This document shows, in pieces, positions 34,927-49,800 of a stretch of 64,000 nt of DNA. The notes below the pieces were generated by a model. That model saw only the letters and a program-made list of their open reading frames with translations, was not told where the DNA came from and did not search any database. The DNA comes from Monocercomonoides exilis PA203. Lineage: Eukaryota; Protista; Preaxostyla. Made by a program: the position numbers and the translations under genes. How positions within the stretch are numbered: the first letter of the stretch is position 1; each line of letters begins with the position of its first letter. The DNA lies in the NCBI GenBank assembly GCA_001643675.2, contig LSRY02000039.1:806001-870000 (forward strand). Reading direction: 5' to 3'.

Positions 34927-36168
34927 CTCGAAAAAAAATTTAGATTTTCATCTTCCAATCGCCCTCATCCTGCAAATTAAAAAACATGGTTAATTTTTTG
35001 GAAAAGTTTTGCAATTTTCAGAAGAATCAACAAACACAAACATTATGAATTATGTTGTTAGAAGAAAAAAAAAGAAACAGAGTCAATACAAATTGTTTCA
35101 TACGCAAAAAGAAAAGTTCAAAAGTGAACGCTGCGTAAACACTGGTTTTTCTTTGTGCAATCAGAAAAAAACAATCTTTTGTTATGTTTGATTGAACGAA
35201 CAATAATTTTAAATAAAGAAATGGAAAGTTGTTTGAGTGCCCATAATGTTTCGTGAAATTTGTTTCGGCAGAACTTAAAATTGTGTTGATTTCAAAAATG
35301 AAAATGAAATTCGAAAGAAGAGAAGAGGAAAACAAGCAATGCTCCTGTTAAATGAAAAGTGATTTCTCGATTTTCACTAAAGCGGTTCAGACTTACGGAA
35401 ATGGCAGATGATTTTCACAAACCTGAGAATCCTTGAGGCTCTTGAATGCAACATCCTTTTTATATTTTCTCTGAACTTTCATGAGGTTCATGCGGTTAAC
35501 AAACAAATCATTTTCATTCAGATCCAAACTGATGTGATGCGATTCATAATGAAATGCTTAACAAAGTCACTCAGTTATCTTTCCATTCGAATGAAGAGAA
35601 TGAAGAAAGGTGTTTTGATTTGTTAACCAAGGATTCTTTTGAAATATTATCATCTACATGTGAAAATCTGAAGGAACCATTTTCATCATTTTTCGAAGAC
35701 ATCGGTTGAAGGCAACAACACAGAAGAACGACTGGATATTTATTTGGAATATCTCATCAACCATTTATTTTTCTGTTTCAACACAATCATTTCTTGAAAT
35801 GAATCCTTTTTCTCCGAATCTGCCATTCAACTTACCATTGGTGCTTAACCCGCACCCTGGTGCCAAACCCGCCCCCTCAGATTTTTGCTAAACACATATA
35901 TTTTTGTTATTATTTTTTCAGATTCCTTCATGTTAGCTTCAAAAAAAATTGAATATGTGATTTTGATGAAATGACTGTATACAAACGCTGTGCAAGAGTT
36001 AATAAACAGTTAAATATCCATCTTCAAATAAACTTGGAACAAAGTATTTTCCATTGTTGAAAGAAGTGAGAAAAGCAAAAACAATATTCACTTGTATTTC
36101 TTCATTGATCTCAACGATTCGCGATTCCAAACTTATTCATTATTGAAAGAAAGATAGATAGAAAGAAA

Positions 36169-38053
36169 CTACAACGACAACGAAGAATAATATTTCTTGC
36201 GAAATTCAATTTCTTTTTTACTAAAAGCAGGTGAAACTGCTCTTTGAATTGGCTTTTCGTTTTCCATATTTCTTCCTTTCTCTGAGTCGCTCCCTCCACT
36301 AACATCATCGTCTATAATTTCATAAATTTTCTTTTTCTTTTTCTGTTTTCTTTCTCTTTCATCTTCATTTGAAGAAGAGCTTGACAAAAGAATGTTCAAT
36401 TCTTTTCGAGAATGCTTTGTTTTCAAAGTTGAAGAAGTCGAAGAAACATTTGATTTTTCAATTTCTTTATATTTCGATCGAAGAAATGCTAGATGCTTTT
36501 CAGCATCTTCAAGTTGCTTTTTCAATTCAAAGATGTCCAAATTTTCAATAACTGTTGTAGGATTTAATTTGTGATCATTTGACGGAGAAGAACAGATCGA
36601 TTCGTTCGGCGAAGTTGATTTTGTTGAGTTTGCTTTATCTGCAGAATGAATATCTAACGATTTTGATGAAGCAGATACGCTTTGTCTTTTTTGTGGAGAA
36701 TAGTCACCAAATAGTTCTTCACGCCAATCTTGAGACGAATAATTAAGATCTTCTTTCAATGCAGATGTTTCCATTGGTGCTCCTGCCACTCTAGAGAGCA
36801 CAGGAGCTGCTGCAACTGGCCAAACCCCTGTCTTTATGAATGCTGCTTTTATTGTTGAAGGTGTACAAGCAGCTGCCAAGGCTTCAGGAAGAACTTCTGC
36901 GAGTTGTGTTCTATAAGAAGGGAGGGAGAATGGAGATGGAATGATAAATTTGTTGTTCAATGTTGATTTTAGTCGAGAAAAGATACAGGAATCACATGGT
37001 TGAAGTAAGTGTGTCATATTGGGTGGGAATCGTTTCAAAATGATGTTGTTTTTTTCAGCGGCTTCAATTACAAATTCATCATTATGTGTTGAATGATTGT
37101 CCATCAACAGAAGTGCGCGATGTGAGCTGGTTGGTTTGACTTTCTCTGCGATTAATGGAATCCAACAATTGATCATGATATGTCTGAAGATTTCCTTCGA
37201 AATCTACCCCGAAGAGGAATTAGTATATCTGATATCAAATGATGATAGAGAGCGAAACTCTTTTGGGAGTGTTTTCTTAGGATAAAGAAGAAAACGAGGC
37301 AATGAAGATCCGTCGGCGCAGACACAGAGGCAAATTGTAGCATTCGGCACTTTTGGAGGTGCTGGAACAGCTGGAGGAGTTTGATCTTTGAAGCAAACAA
37401 CCAATTTTGATGAAGATTCCCCGCAAGTGATCGAAGATTCGTCGAAATTGAAAATGTCGGATGATGTAATGTTATAGTCTGATATTATGTTTGAAAGTTC
37501 AGTAAACCATCTGCTAATATTATCTGGTGATTGTGCTTTGATTTTTGCAACATCTGTTGGTCTTGCGATAGCGGCTTTCAATATTTCGCTTCGTTTAATT
37601 AATTTGTATGCATATTTTTTATTGATCATTTTCAATTCATTCTTTGATTTTGGCTCATTTTCAATCAGATCCACACACTGAAACATTCAAAAAAGTTAGA
37701 AAAAACATGAAAAAAATATTGCAAAGCATGTTTTGCACATCACGAATTCGAACAATTGTTTGGTTAGATAAAAGAACCAAAACTTGGTTTTCAATTGTTT
37801 CCAACTGGTTGTCTGTGAATGTTTGTGGATGCCCATTCCTTCCGACCTCTCTTCCTGCTTTCTCCGCTCTTATCCCTCGTTTCCAAGCATCCTTTGAAAT
37901 AACTTTTGCTTTCATGGCAGTTGAATATTTAACTTTGATACTCTGCCGAATTGCAAATAGCTTTTTTGATGGGGATTTGAATGCACGATATTCCCTTGTT
38001 GCCAGAACTCTGTGCAATTGAGATGATGATAATTCTGTTTTTTCTGTTATCAA
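36169..38053 (-). pseudogene. DDE_1 (pogo/CENP-B-like) DD35D transposase with a premature stop
   Basis: IFNFDES...LLMDNHSTH-x-PPNMTHLLQPCD, with 35 residues between the 2nd and 3rd Asp. In-frame TAG at 37204-37206 where SGW is expected. Probable short intron at ~37678-37740 (CTAAC branch-like site, CAG acceptor). Confidence 0.88.
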
Positions 38054-38312
38054 AATAGGGAATGATCAATTTCTTCAGAATTATCAAAATTAATGTTTCT
38101 GTCATAGGCAATCCTTTTAAGATGCATGGTTTGAAATTATGTTAATATATATCTTTATTGAAACATTGAAATTATCAACTTTCTAAAATTCTGCAGTAAA
38201 TCAAACATATGAATAAAATAAAAAATAGCAACGTTCATCTGGAAGAAGACATGACGAAGAGAAATAATGAATATTCTTTCATTATTTAACACAATTTCGA
38301 TTGTTTTTGATA

Positions 38313-39347
38313 CACCAAAAATTATTCAACATCGAAAAACTTTAATTCAAGATCGAAAAACTTTAATTCAAAATCGAAAAAGTTTAAAACAACATCGAAA
38401 AAGTTTAATTCAACATCGAAAATTATTATTCAAAATCGAAAAAATTTAATTCAAGATCGAAATTTATTATTCGAAATCGGAAAACTTTAATTCGAAATCG
38501 AAAAAGTTTAATTCGAAATCGAAAAAGTTTAATTCAACATCGAAAATTCTTAATTAGCAAAAATTTTGAAAAAAATTTAAAAATTCATACTCATGTCAGT
38601 TTCTTTTCTTTCAGTTATTGATCTGAGAAATTTGTCAATTTCAATTAGAAAAATATTTTCTGATGTTTTTTTGGTGTTTGATTGTGTGAAATAGAGCATA
38701 TAGGATAAAACTGAGTTATTATAAAACTCTTCACAAATGTTCAGGAGATTTGAAGGAATAAAAGAAATAAATAAAAGAGATAGGATAGTTCATGATCTTG
38801 TTTTGTGCACAAAAAGGCAGAAATTTATCTCATTTATTGAAAACGAAATGATTTGAATTTCATTCATTGCATTGGAAACTGATAATGTAAAACATTTTCA
38901 ATCTTCACAATGAGAAAAGAATCGATGATATCAGTCGTTATCATTGAAAACAGTAGTCAAAAACGAAAGAAAAACATTTTCAATAAATAAATATTTGTAA
39001 TTATCAACATTTGTGTTTAAGAAAATATTTTGGTTTTGACTTGAATTGAAATTCTGAACAAATTATCTTCTTTTTCGATTTTGAATTAAACATTTTCGAT
39101 GTTGAATTAAATATTTTCGATTTCGAATTAAACTTTTTCGATTTCGAATTAAACTTTTTCGATTTCGAATTAAACTTTTTCGATTTCGAATTAAAGTTTT
39201 CCGATTTCGAATAATAAATTTCGATCTTGAATTAAACTTTTTCGATTTTGAATAATAATTTTCGATGTTGAATTAAAGTTTTTCGATGTTGTTTTAAACT
39301 TTTTCGATTTTGAATTAAAGTTTTTTGATGTTGAATAATTTTTGGTG
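38313..39347. mobile_element. MITE family B, long copy nested in the pogo-like element
   Basis: TA|CACCAAAAATTATTCAACATCG ... GAATAATTTTTGGTG|TA with about ten or more 21-bp subrepeats per arm. The core is homologous to 3307-3946. Confidence 0.9.
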
Positions 39348-40826
39348 TATGTTTTTATTTAAATTGTTCATTGTAATGAAAAACAAGAGAATACTTCATT
39401 GAGAGGGAGCGGGTTTGGCACCAGGGTGCGGGTTAAGCACCAATGGTAACAAATAATTTGTTAATATCTTCATCATCCAATCAGCCTTGAAATCCTTGCT
39501 TGTTTACCACTATCAACATAATGATAGTCTTTGTTTATCTTCTTTTGTCTTTCTCTCTCGCAAAATGAATAATCATTCACTTTTTGTTTCAGGAAGAAAA
39601 GAAATGACGAAAAGAAATATGCTACTGAGGATGAACAAAATTGATTTTTCAATTCAATTATTCATCCGATGCAAATGCAGAAAGAAAAAGGAACTCCTTT
39701 TTCTGTGAAGAATGTGGTGCATAGATGCAGACGCTTTGGAGCAAACTGAATTGGAGGAGAAAAATGAGGTGATTTGGGCAATCTTGTGTCTTTTCGTTTA
39801 ACAACTGGATTTTCTCATTCATTGAGCAATCCTGCAACAACCGTCCATCATTTTGTTGTTCATCAGGTTAAAGATGGGATAAACACACTCTCTCTTGACC
39901 GTCTCTGTCAAGAAAAGCCATGTCATTCACTCCTTCGTTTTCTTGCTATTTGTTGAACGCATCATATTTGACATCTTTGACTTCATCTTTTTCTCCTTTT
40001 TTGTTTTCTACATAAATATTCAATTGATAATAAGAAATGTGGATCCTTCTCATTTTGAAGAATTGGAGAATTGTTGGAAAAGGCAGAAAGGAGGGGATTT
40101 TTGAGTGGGATGAAGAAGGATGAGAAGGAGGAGAGAGAAAGATGAATTTTTTTTGAATTTCAAATTCAAAAATATAAAAAGGATGATTGAGATGACTAAC
40201 TTTGAAAAGAAAATGAATGGAACGATTTGGAAGAATGTGAAGAAAATGAATGCAAAGAGTGCAGGCTTGTGAAACAAACATTATCAATTGTTTCCACCTT
40301 CTCCTTTTCTTTCTTTTGGGGGTTTCTTCTTCTTTCAGTCTTTTCATTGACATTCTTTTTAATGTTTGTGTTGAGTCCAAAATCTCCTCCTGGACATTTC
40401 AAAATAAATTAAATTCTATTTATTCTACCATTTTGTTCTTGTGAATCCATATTGGATGTATAAACGTTTATTATTTCTTCTTTGGATAACAATTCATTTT
40501 CTTGGTGATTTTTGAAAGAAAATGAAGATTCAATGCGTTTTCTTTCTTTATATTTTTATTCGTCAAATCCCAATCAAAAATGAATTCCAGAAGTGAAATG
40601 GATATTCGATTGAGTTTTTTTATTTGTTTTCGAAATCAAAAATTTAACAACAAACATTGTATTTTTCAAACTTGCAAACAAATTCAAAAATGTGAAAATA
40701 GTCAGAACATTAATATTCTTTTGAGACTTTTTTATTGAAGATTATTAATTATATGCGAAAGCCCTTAATAAATGATAAAAAAAGCATTTTTATAAAATTT
40801 CAGATTTATTGTTAGAGATACGACTG

Positions 40827-43800
40827 ATGGTTTTATTTTTAATTGTTTTGGCATGCAATTATACAGAATACACTTATGCGAACAAACAACTGTATGATCG
40901 ACGGTCTGACGAAGAGTGCGAAAGCGAGAAGATATTTGTTCATCCTCAGGTTCACAGATGTCTTAAAAATCTATCAGGGCATAAAGTATATTACAATTAT
41001 TTATTGCAACGTGGAAAAGATTCCAAGAGAGGTATCGGCGTTGGAAGCACAGACATTGAAGGAGAATGTGAAAAACACGATTTGCAGCCAGATCAAAAGG
41101 AAAACAAAAGATATTATCGAACAATTGAATCAGAAATATCAAGCGATTATTGGATGCACTTATATCGAAAACACTTCAATGAGTTTCCCCATAGCGAGAT
41201 TGAGGGATGCATTTGCGCTTGGAATTCTTCCATTGAGTTGAAGGGAATTGGGCTGATTGGGGGTGAGCGTGGGAGTATGGTGCGCGGAAGGAGGGGAAGT
41301 GTGGTTGTGGTAAGATGGTGTGTTGTGGGGATAGGGAAGGACAATGAAGCAGGGGCATTTGATCTGAGTGGGAGCATTGGGGTGTTGAGGAACATCACAT
41401 TGAAAGGGTGGAGGAATGGGGGAGAGATATACTCAGGAAGGCTATTTGGAGGGAAGGGATACGGAGGGGAGAAGGGTGGAAGTGAAGAAAAAGGAGGAGG
41501 AGGAGGAGGAGGAGGAGGAGAAGGAGTTGAAGGGAGTATTTCAGTGAGCGAATCACACTTCTCTTCTTTTTGCGTCTCATCAGCTCCATTCCTCTCATCA
41601 CCTACAATGCCCTTTGTATCCCTCTCTCACCTGACATTTTTCAACATCTCAACAGGAAATGATGCATGTTCATCTCCAACAACTACGTCAACCCAAACCA
41701 CATGTTTTATGAGCAGTTGCTCATTCTCATCTGTTTGTGATGTGTTTGATGGAGGGATTGTTCATTCCCTCAATAACCCATTGGCTTCCTTGACTGCATC
41801 AAATGCTTCATTCATCGGGTGTTGTCGGACTAGGAATGTTGAATGCAATGGAACTTCAGATAATAAGAAACAACCAAGAAGACAGAATATAACAGACAAT
41901 GGACCGAATACATTCACTTGGTGCGAGTGGAGTGAATCGAGGACAACAGGAACAAGTGATTCTGTTACAGACGGGATATCGAGTGGAGGAGCCATCTGTA
42001 TGTACAATCTCAATTCTGGAGAACTTTCTATTTCGAATTGTCTGTTTAATAACTGTTTTGCATACAGTCGTGGGGGTGGAATTATGTGCAACACAATCAA
42101 TTCTGTGTATATTGAAAATGATGTGTTCAATGCCTGTATAGCTCAAAACCATTACGGAGGAGGATTGTATGTTGTAACTATTTCTACATGTGTTCGGATC
42201 AGCAGATGTGAATTTCAAAAATGTTCTGCAAATGGCTGGGGAGGAGGTTTGAGACTAGAAGATTTTCAGGTTTCAGGATCTGGATGCATTCCAACAGAAA
42301 GTGGAGAAGGGGTGAGTGCGTGTGTATTTGACTGCAGTTTCTCATCATGCTCGCTATCTGGGATTTGCGGTGGAGGTATGTATTGTGTTTCTATTCCTGC
42401 CACGCAATTCAAAATGAGGAGCATTCAGTTTATTTCATGCTCAGCATTAAGAGAGGGAGGGGGATTATGTTTGCATCCAAGACGAGATACAACACCTGAT
42501 AATAAATTATATTGCTTCTTCTTATTTTTTCATGAATGCAGTTGCAGGGATGCAGCCAATCCATATGGGAATGACGTTGAATATGTCGATGCATATAATT
42601 TGTATTTGGATTCAGGAAATCCATTTCATGAATGTTACACCACAAACACAGATGACAAGAGAGTGTGTTTAGCATATTATCCTTCAGGTACCTGGACATA
42701 CGATCAAACATTAAAAAAGGATTGGCTAAAGAGAGGGGTTCTTAATCGATTTGTGGCTGAAAGTAGCGGTTACGAAGAAGAGTTTTGTGGGGCAAATGAA
42801 TCATATGCATGCAGAACCATTGGTGTTGCAGTCATTCGGAGCGTGATCCAGGTGAGCTTGACAGTCACGCTGCTGGAAGGGGATCACATAAGTGAGACAG
42901 CAACGATTGATATTGGAACAAAGAAGATTTCAGTCATTGGGAAAGGGAAAGATAAGAGTTCGATTGAAATGAAATCCCTTTCATCAACATGTTCTCTATT
43001 CAGTGTGACAAGTGGACATCTGGGAATGAGTCACCTGAAGGCTGATTGTTGCTCAAATGCAAGCCCTTCACCGAGTGTGGTTGTGGTGTCTGATGGTAGT
43101 GGGTCACTCTCATTGGAGGATGTTGTGATCACCACGAGTGTTTCTTCAGGAAACTATGTGATGTCGTCGTCAGTGTTTGTGGTGCCGCTGTCACAGCTGT
43201 CGATGGTTGATGTGGAGATCATAAATATGAATGTGTCAGAACCATTGTTCTCTGAGCCGAATCTTTCTTCTCCTTCTTCTTCTTCATTGTTATCATTGTC
43301 ATCATCTGCACTGTGTCTGACAGCCACAGCATCAGGAGATAGAGTGCTAGCGAATGTGAAAGTGATGAATGTGAAGTTGACTGAAGGAGATGGGGTGGTT
43401 GTGGCAAAGAGCGTGAAGGCTGGAGAGACGTTTGTGGTCAAGAATATGACAATCGAAGATTGTGAGTGTGAGAATGGGAGTGGTGGTGGGATCAAGGTCG
43501 AGTTGGAATCATCTTCAAGCAAGCTTCAGATGGAAACAACAACAATCAACAGATGCAAGTGCAGCGGATATGGAGGAGGGATGATGCTGCATCTGGTTGA
43601 TGGCTCACACGACTTCTCAATAAAATCCGTTGGCTTTTCAGGTTGCACTGCAAATTCTGGTGGAAATTATCTGTTTGTGAATGGGAGCAATTCAGCGAGA
43701 TGGGGAATAACAACAGAAAAGTTGAATGTGCAACATGACAATTCTAAATACAATGAGCTGGTGGGATATGATCGGAGTGACACAACAATGGGGCTATTCC

Positions 43801-46800
43801 CACTGAATGTGTTTCTGGATTCATATCCAGATGCAGCACATGTGGGGAAGGCAAAGGATGGGCTGGGTGGATATGACTCGCAATTCTGTGGATTTGCTTA
43901 TTATCCGTGTGCCACCATCACCCACGCTGCTCAGTTGCGATATGCAGGCAAGAATAAAAGCATTGAGCTGGATCCAGGATTCGAGCTTGCTGAAGAGGTT
44001 TCCATGGCAGATACCAATGAATGGAAGATCTTTTGTGCAGCGATTGAAACAAAAGTGAATGTGATTGACCCAGAAACCAAAAGTTCTGATTGGTTGATTA
44101 AGACGCAAAACACATGCTCATGCACAATAGACAATATCACATTTTCAATCCCAACAGTGTTAACAGATGTAACATCGCTAATTTTTGCCAGCTCTGCACT
44201 CCTCAAGCTCACGGACTGCTCGGTTGGCTATTCGTCAGGCGTTGACACGACTTACCAGATTGAATACAGCTTCGTGAAGGCGACTGAGGGCAATCTGAGA
44301 TTGGTGCGTTTTATGATCAAAGAAAGTCTGATATTTGATGGGCACTCGTTTGTAGAGTTTGAAGCAGACATGAATGTTGTGTATTTTGAAGGATGCAGTA
44401 TTAGCAGCGTTGAAAAAAAAAATGGAGACGGAGGACTGATCAATGGAGCAATTGGAAAAGCACATGCGAGTGCGCAGGATACATCTGGGATTGTTGTTAT
44501 TGATTCGTGCACCATCAAGAACTGCAAATGCCACGGAAAAGAAAATGATATCGGAAGAGGTGGGGGAATATTTGTAAGGATGGATGGAAAGGGAAGTGTG
44601 GTTGTGAATGGGAGCAATAAAATTGGTGGATGCGAAGCGAAGAATTATGAAGGAGGAACTAAAGGGAGAGGCGGGGGAATGATGGTGGAGATACTGAACT
44701 CACTGTGCACATTGAATATTTCCTCAGAAAATGCGTTTTCACCTCAGGTTTTATCGCCAAATGATGCGCTATATGGGAAGGATGCGTTTATTCGCTGCGG
44801 TTCAAAGATATGGCTTAATGAAATGGTGAATGAAAACTCTTTTTCATTTTTTGATAAAACTACCACTCCGTCAGATGTGCTGAAGTTTTGCGGGAGCGAA
44901 GATCTGAAGGATGGAGAAGTGATTCCATTGTTTGTGTATTTGCGGTCAATTGGATCGACATTGACCGTCGGCAGGAGCAGAGACATGGTGTTGGATCACA
45001 GTTATTGTGGGTTTGAGAAGTTTGGGTGTCTGACAATTGACTATTGCATGAACACTCGAGTTGATGATGGGCTGCAAACAGTGGAAGTTGTTTCTAAATC
45101 TTCAATAACTAATGTTATTAAAGTGATTTCTCGAAGCGTGAATTTGAAAGGGAAAGAGGAATCAGTGGGAGAGAAGATGAAAGTTGAGGTGAAGGACGGA
45201 GGAGATACAAGCCCAAATTATCTTATCGAGTGCACAAAATCATTTGAAATGACGAATTTGGAATTTGTGATGAACAAGGAAATAAATGGAAAGAGATATG
45301 CGTTTATCTATTCTTCGTCATCAACAGTCACGATAATAAGCTGTTCTGTCTCGTTCACAAGCGATGCATTAACTATTGAAAAGATTGGATACAACATACT
45401 GAATATTGAGGGAGGAATTCTGATTGTCGAAGGATTTGCGATGGAAGGACCAGTGAAAATGAATAAGAAATCACCAATAACAATAACAAACGGAGAAAGA
45501 TTGGAGATGAAGAACAGCAGAGTGAGTGGAGTGACTGTAGAAGGTGGGAGTGGAAAAGGAGGATGCATCTGTGCTGCGATAAAAGATGGAGGAAGCACAG
45601 TTTTGGATAACTGCAGTTTTTCATCAACATGCACAGGTGGAGGTGGGATGAAAGGAGGAGGGATAATGATTTCAGCTGAGGACGGAGGAAGTTTGGAGAT
45701 TAAAAGCGCAACATTCACAGGATGCCAGGTGCCAACAGAAGACAACTTACAGAAAGGAAGAGGAAAGGGAGGAGGGATGTTTGTTGAATTGGCAGATACA
45801 ATGGGATCATTTCAGATGGAAGGAGTGACATTCAGCGAATGCAATGCTTGGAAAGGGAAGAAAGTGTTCATATCGGGAAATGACCTGAGCGAGGTTATGC
45901 CAAACGAAAAACTGAAAGAGGAATTGAGTACAAGTGATAAGAAGTCATTGGATGAGCTGTGTGGATGGGAGAGAGCAAGCACAGGAGAGGAAGGATATGT
46001 GATTCCATTGGTTGTGTATTTGTGGACGAACTGGAGCGGGAATGGGTTTGTTTCGAAGGAGAAAGGAGGAGACTTCAGCGGGTGTGGGTTTTCTGAAGCA
46101 CCATGCTCATCGATTGATCACTTGATATCACTGAGATTTGAGCCACTTGGAGAAGGGGAATCACACATCAACATTGTTGGAACAGGGCTGTTGAGCCATT
46201 CCATTTCATTTTCTTTTATTTCATCATCAATTTTAGAGTTGCCAAAAGTTGTGATAAAAGCAACGGCGAAAGGAACTGGCGTGACGGTTACTGATGAAGA
46301 TGAGAATGATCCGAATGATTCAATGATATCATCAAATGTTAATTTGTCACTTGTGAACATGTCATTCACAAAACCAGTCGCGAAAACTAATCATGCAGTA
46401 TTCATTGAATCGTCGGGAACAAATACAGTCTTGACAGTCACGGATTGTTCTTTCGGATCGTTGACAGGGGTGACAGAGACAGCTGGATATTGCATGATGA
46501 GAGTGAATGGAGGAAGTGTAATGATTGAGAGATGTTCGTTGAGTTTGATTTCAGAGTTGAAAGGGTTCATCACATTCAGTCCAAGTGTCAATCAGGTGAT
46601 TGTTCAGAAAGTGAACATTTCATTAACCACTGTGACAGAAGGAAGCCTGATTACGATGATAGAAGAGGAAAATCAAATGAATGAAAAGGAAAACAGTCAT
46701 TCAAATGGGAACAGACCAGTTTTGAGGGTTGTTGAGTGTTCATTTGCGAACATCACAAACGAAGGGATTGGAGCAGGTGTTATTGAAGTGGGATCGTTTG

Positions 46801-49800
46801 AGCATGGAGTGGAGTACATAATAGATGAGTGTTCAATCACAAACTGCAAGAGCGCTTTGGGCACTGAAGGGGGAGGAATGAGAGTGGTGCTGAAGAGCGA
46901 AGAAACAGTTTTTAAAATCAATGATAGCTCTTTTTCGATTTGCAAGTGCTCGAAGGAATCAGGGTTCGGGGGAGGGCTGTTTATCAATGGAGCCGAGGAT
47001 AATGTGAATTATGCTGATGAAACTCAGATTCCGCCTCTGAAATTCAAGATTGTGAACATTCTGTTTTATATGAATGAGGCATTTGTGGGGGAAAACATTT
47101 TCATCAGATGTTTCTCGATTGAGCACCAAATTAACGAAACGCTGTTTGACTTGAACTACAGCCAGGAGTCGTTGAACTCAAACAACTCCATCTGCGGGAG
47201 GGATGTTGAGAGTGAAGGAGATGTTGATCTGATTCCGCTGATAACATATTATTATGGACTTCAAGTGTTTCTGAATGGAACGGGGAGTGATGGCAGGCAA
47301 TGTGGCGCACAGACCAATCCTTGCTCCAGCATCAATTGTGGGGTTGACCACATTGAGCAAGGTGTAATGAATGCAATTCTGATTGATGGGGAAGGGACTG
47401 TGACAAAGGAATGTGTGATTGGAGATCTGGTTGTGAGTTCATTCAAAAAGACACAGTCAATTGTGAAATTGAACTCCAAGATTGAGAAATCGTTTGAAAA
47501 GGATTGCATCATGGAGTTTATAAATGAAAGCGCTGTGGAGAGATGCTCATTCGAGTTTGAAGACACATTTAAGGCGACTCACAGTTATCTCATCGAAGTG
47601 AAGAATGGGTCAATGGAGATCCATAAATGTGAATTCTTCTCCTCTGCAGATGAAGTGAAACTGAACAGTTCAATTGTTAGTGTGGAAAGTGGAGAGCTGA
47701 AGATATCAGAAACATCATTCAGGGATATGTATTCAATAACAGCAGTGCTTTCATTTTGTGAAGAATCAGATGTGACAATTGATGAAATAAGAATATTGAA
47801 TATCAGATGTGAGGGAAATGTTGTGAGTGTTGGAGGGAAAGCGAAAGTGGAGATGAAAGAGATGGTGGTTGAGAATGTGACTCTGTTGTCAAATGGGTGT
47901 GTGATTGGGGTGGATGATGCTGAGCAAGAGGTGAGTGTGTTGAACTGCTCGTTTGGAAAATGTGTGAATTCGGTGAATAAGGGAAGCATGATGCAAATAA
48001 GACGATCCAAGGATGTGAGGATTGAGGCATGTGTATTTGATGGAGAAAAAAAAGTGGAGATAATGAATGAAGAATATGAAAGAAAAGAAGGATTATGCAA
48101 ATGGAATGGGTCATTGATTGACTTTGAAACCAGCAATGTGGAGATGAAGGAGACAACGGTTATGAAGAGCAAAAATGGAGGGCTGTGGGTGAGTGGAGGA
48201 AGTGTGAAGATTGAGAAAGGAGAATTTGAGAACAACAACCCCTCTATTGAGGGATATCCATCAGCTCGAAGGAATGTGATTTGTGAAGGGAATGGTGAAT
48301 TGAATGTTGTGAGTGTGAAAGGGGGAGATGGAATGTTGCCAAACACATCGTTGTGGATATTGGACGAAGCATGCAAATTGGGAGGGATAGCTTCAGAAAG
48401 AGGATCATCATATTTCATCCCGGTTCTGGAAGAAGTCAAGAATTCAACTCAGCCAAATGGAGAGATGGAATTGGTCATCCTTGGGAAACTGCTTCTTCCG
48501 TGTGGTTTAACACTGAGATTAAACATGAAAGAAGGGGATTTTGAACTTCCATATACGAGCACCATTGAAGAAGGTGGGTACATATCAGAGAACGAGGTGC
48601 ATTCAATGATTTCATCGGAATTACTGAAAGTGATGGAGAACAAAACAGAAGTAAGTGTGTGCATTGTGTTTGGAAAGAATAAAGTGACCACTTTCAATGG
48701 AATTGTGGTGATGAATAAGAGTGAATCTGAATCAAAGAGAGACGATAATATTGATGAAGGAGGTTTCAATGTCAATAAAGGAGGAACCAACAACGAATGG
48801 AGCTTAATCGTGATTGTTCTAATAGCAGTGATGCTTTTGATGTTTATCATGGTGTTTGCTGTGTTTGCTGTTGTTCAGCGAAAGAAACTGGGTGAAATGC
48901 TTCAGAAAATAGAGGAAATGGGATATAAAGGAGCAATAATAAATAAGGCAGAAAGGAGAAAAGAAAAGAGCGGAGAAACATTTGAGATGAGCAGCATGCC
49001 CTCATCTTTGCTGGAGGGGATGACAAGTCAAATACCATTATTGATAGATGATGAAGAAGAAATAAGTGAATTGCCAACAACAAATGATGATGATGACTCT
49101 CTGAATGAAAATGATTTGTTGGCTTTTGGTTTTCCTTCACCAGCATTAGGAGATGTTTCTGTTTCTGGGGTGGAACAATCGCATTCACTCAAAGTTATAT
49201 CGGCAAAGAAGCCATTTCGAGAAAATGAGAAAAAGAACATCAAAACGTTGCATTCAGTGATTCATTCTGTTCAAGGTAATTTCACACTGGGAACAAGAGC
49301 AATAAATGTTGTTGATGGGAAGGAGGTGGTCTTGGCAGTTGCTGAGCTGTTTGGGCATCTGATTTCTGTTGGAGACGAAAGAGTGGAAATGATGGCTAGA
49401 CAGTTGTGTCCATTTTCAATCTTTGTTGAGGAAAGAAATGAAAATGAAATATATGTTTTGACCGAGGAATTGGAGGATGAGAAGCTGAAGAACGAAATGA
49501 AGCGATGGCAGGCTCCTGAAGTGGGAAATGAAAATGGGAGTGATAGGGAGGAGGAGGAGGAAGAGGGAATTGAACAGGGTGTTGTGTATGTGCTTGGGCT
49601 GATTCTGCATGAAATGATAACAGGGGAAGTACCCTTGAGCGAGTGCAAAGCAGAAGAAGCACAAGAGATGATGAGGGATGGGGTGCGACCCCTGACGGAG
49701 GGAATTGAAGGGGAAGAATTGGTTGAGATGATGGAAAGGATGTGGAAGGATGATCCAAACGATAGACCCACTCTGAAGGAAGTGAAGAAATCAATAAAGA

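Larger units (their letters stand above)
35835..39446 (-). mobile_element. pogo/Fot1-like (Tc1/mariner superfamily) DNA transposon with both TIRs
   Basis: 44-bp TIRs CCATTGGTGCTTAACCCGCACCCTGGTGCCAAACCCGC(C/T)CCCTC at 35835 and, inverted, ending at 39446. TA on both sides. Encloses the transposase. Confidence 0.92.

Noticed and set aside
37204-37206. In-frame TAG as evidence of an alternative genetic code (TAR=Gln occurs in the oxymonad Streblomastix)
   Set aside because: The position calls for Trp, not Gln. The 6501-aa and 3005-aa ORFs contain no in-frame TAR, and the OST48 gene ends in TAA.
39480-40420. CPGGDFG as a kinase fragment
   Set aside because: An isolated short motif with no surrounding kinase subdomains.
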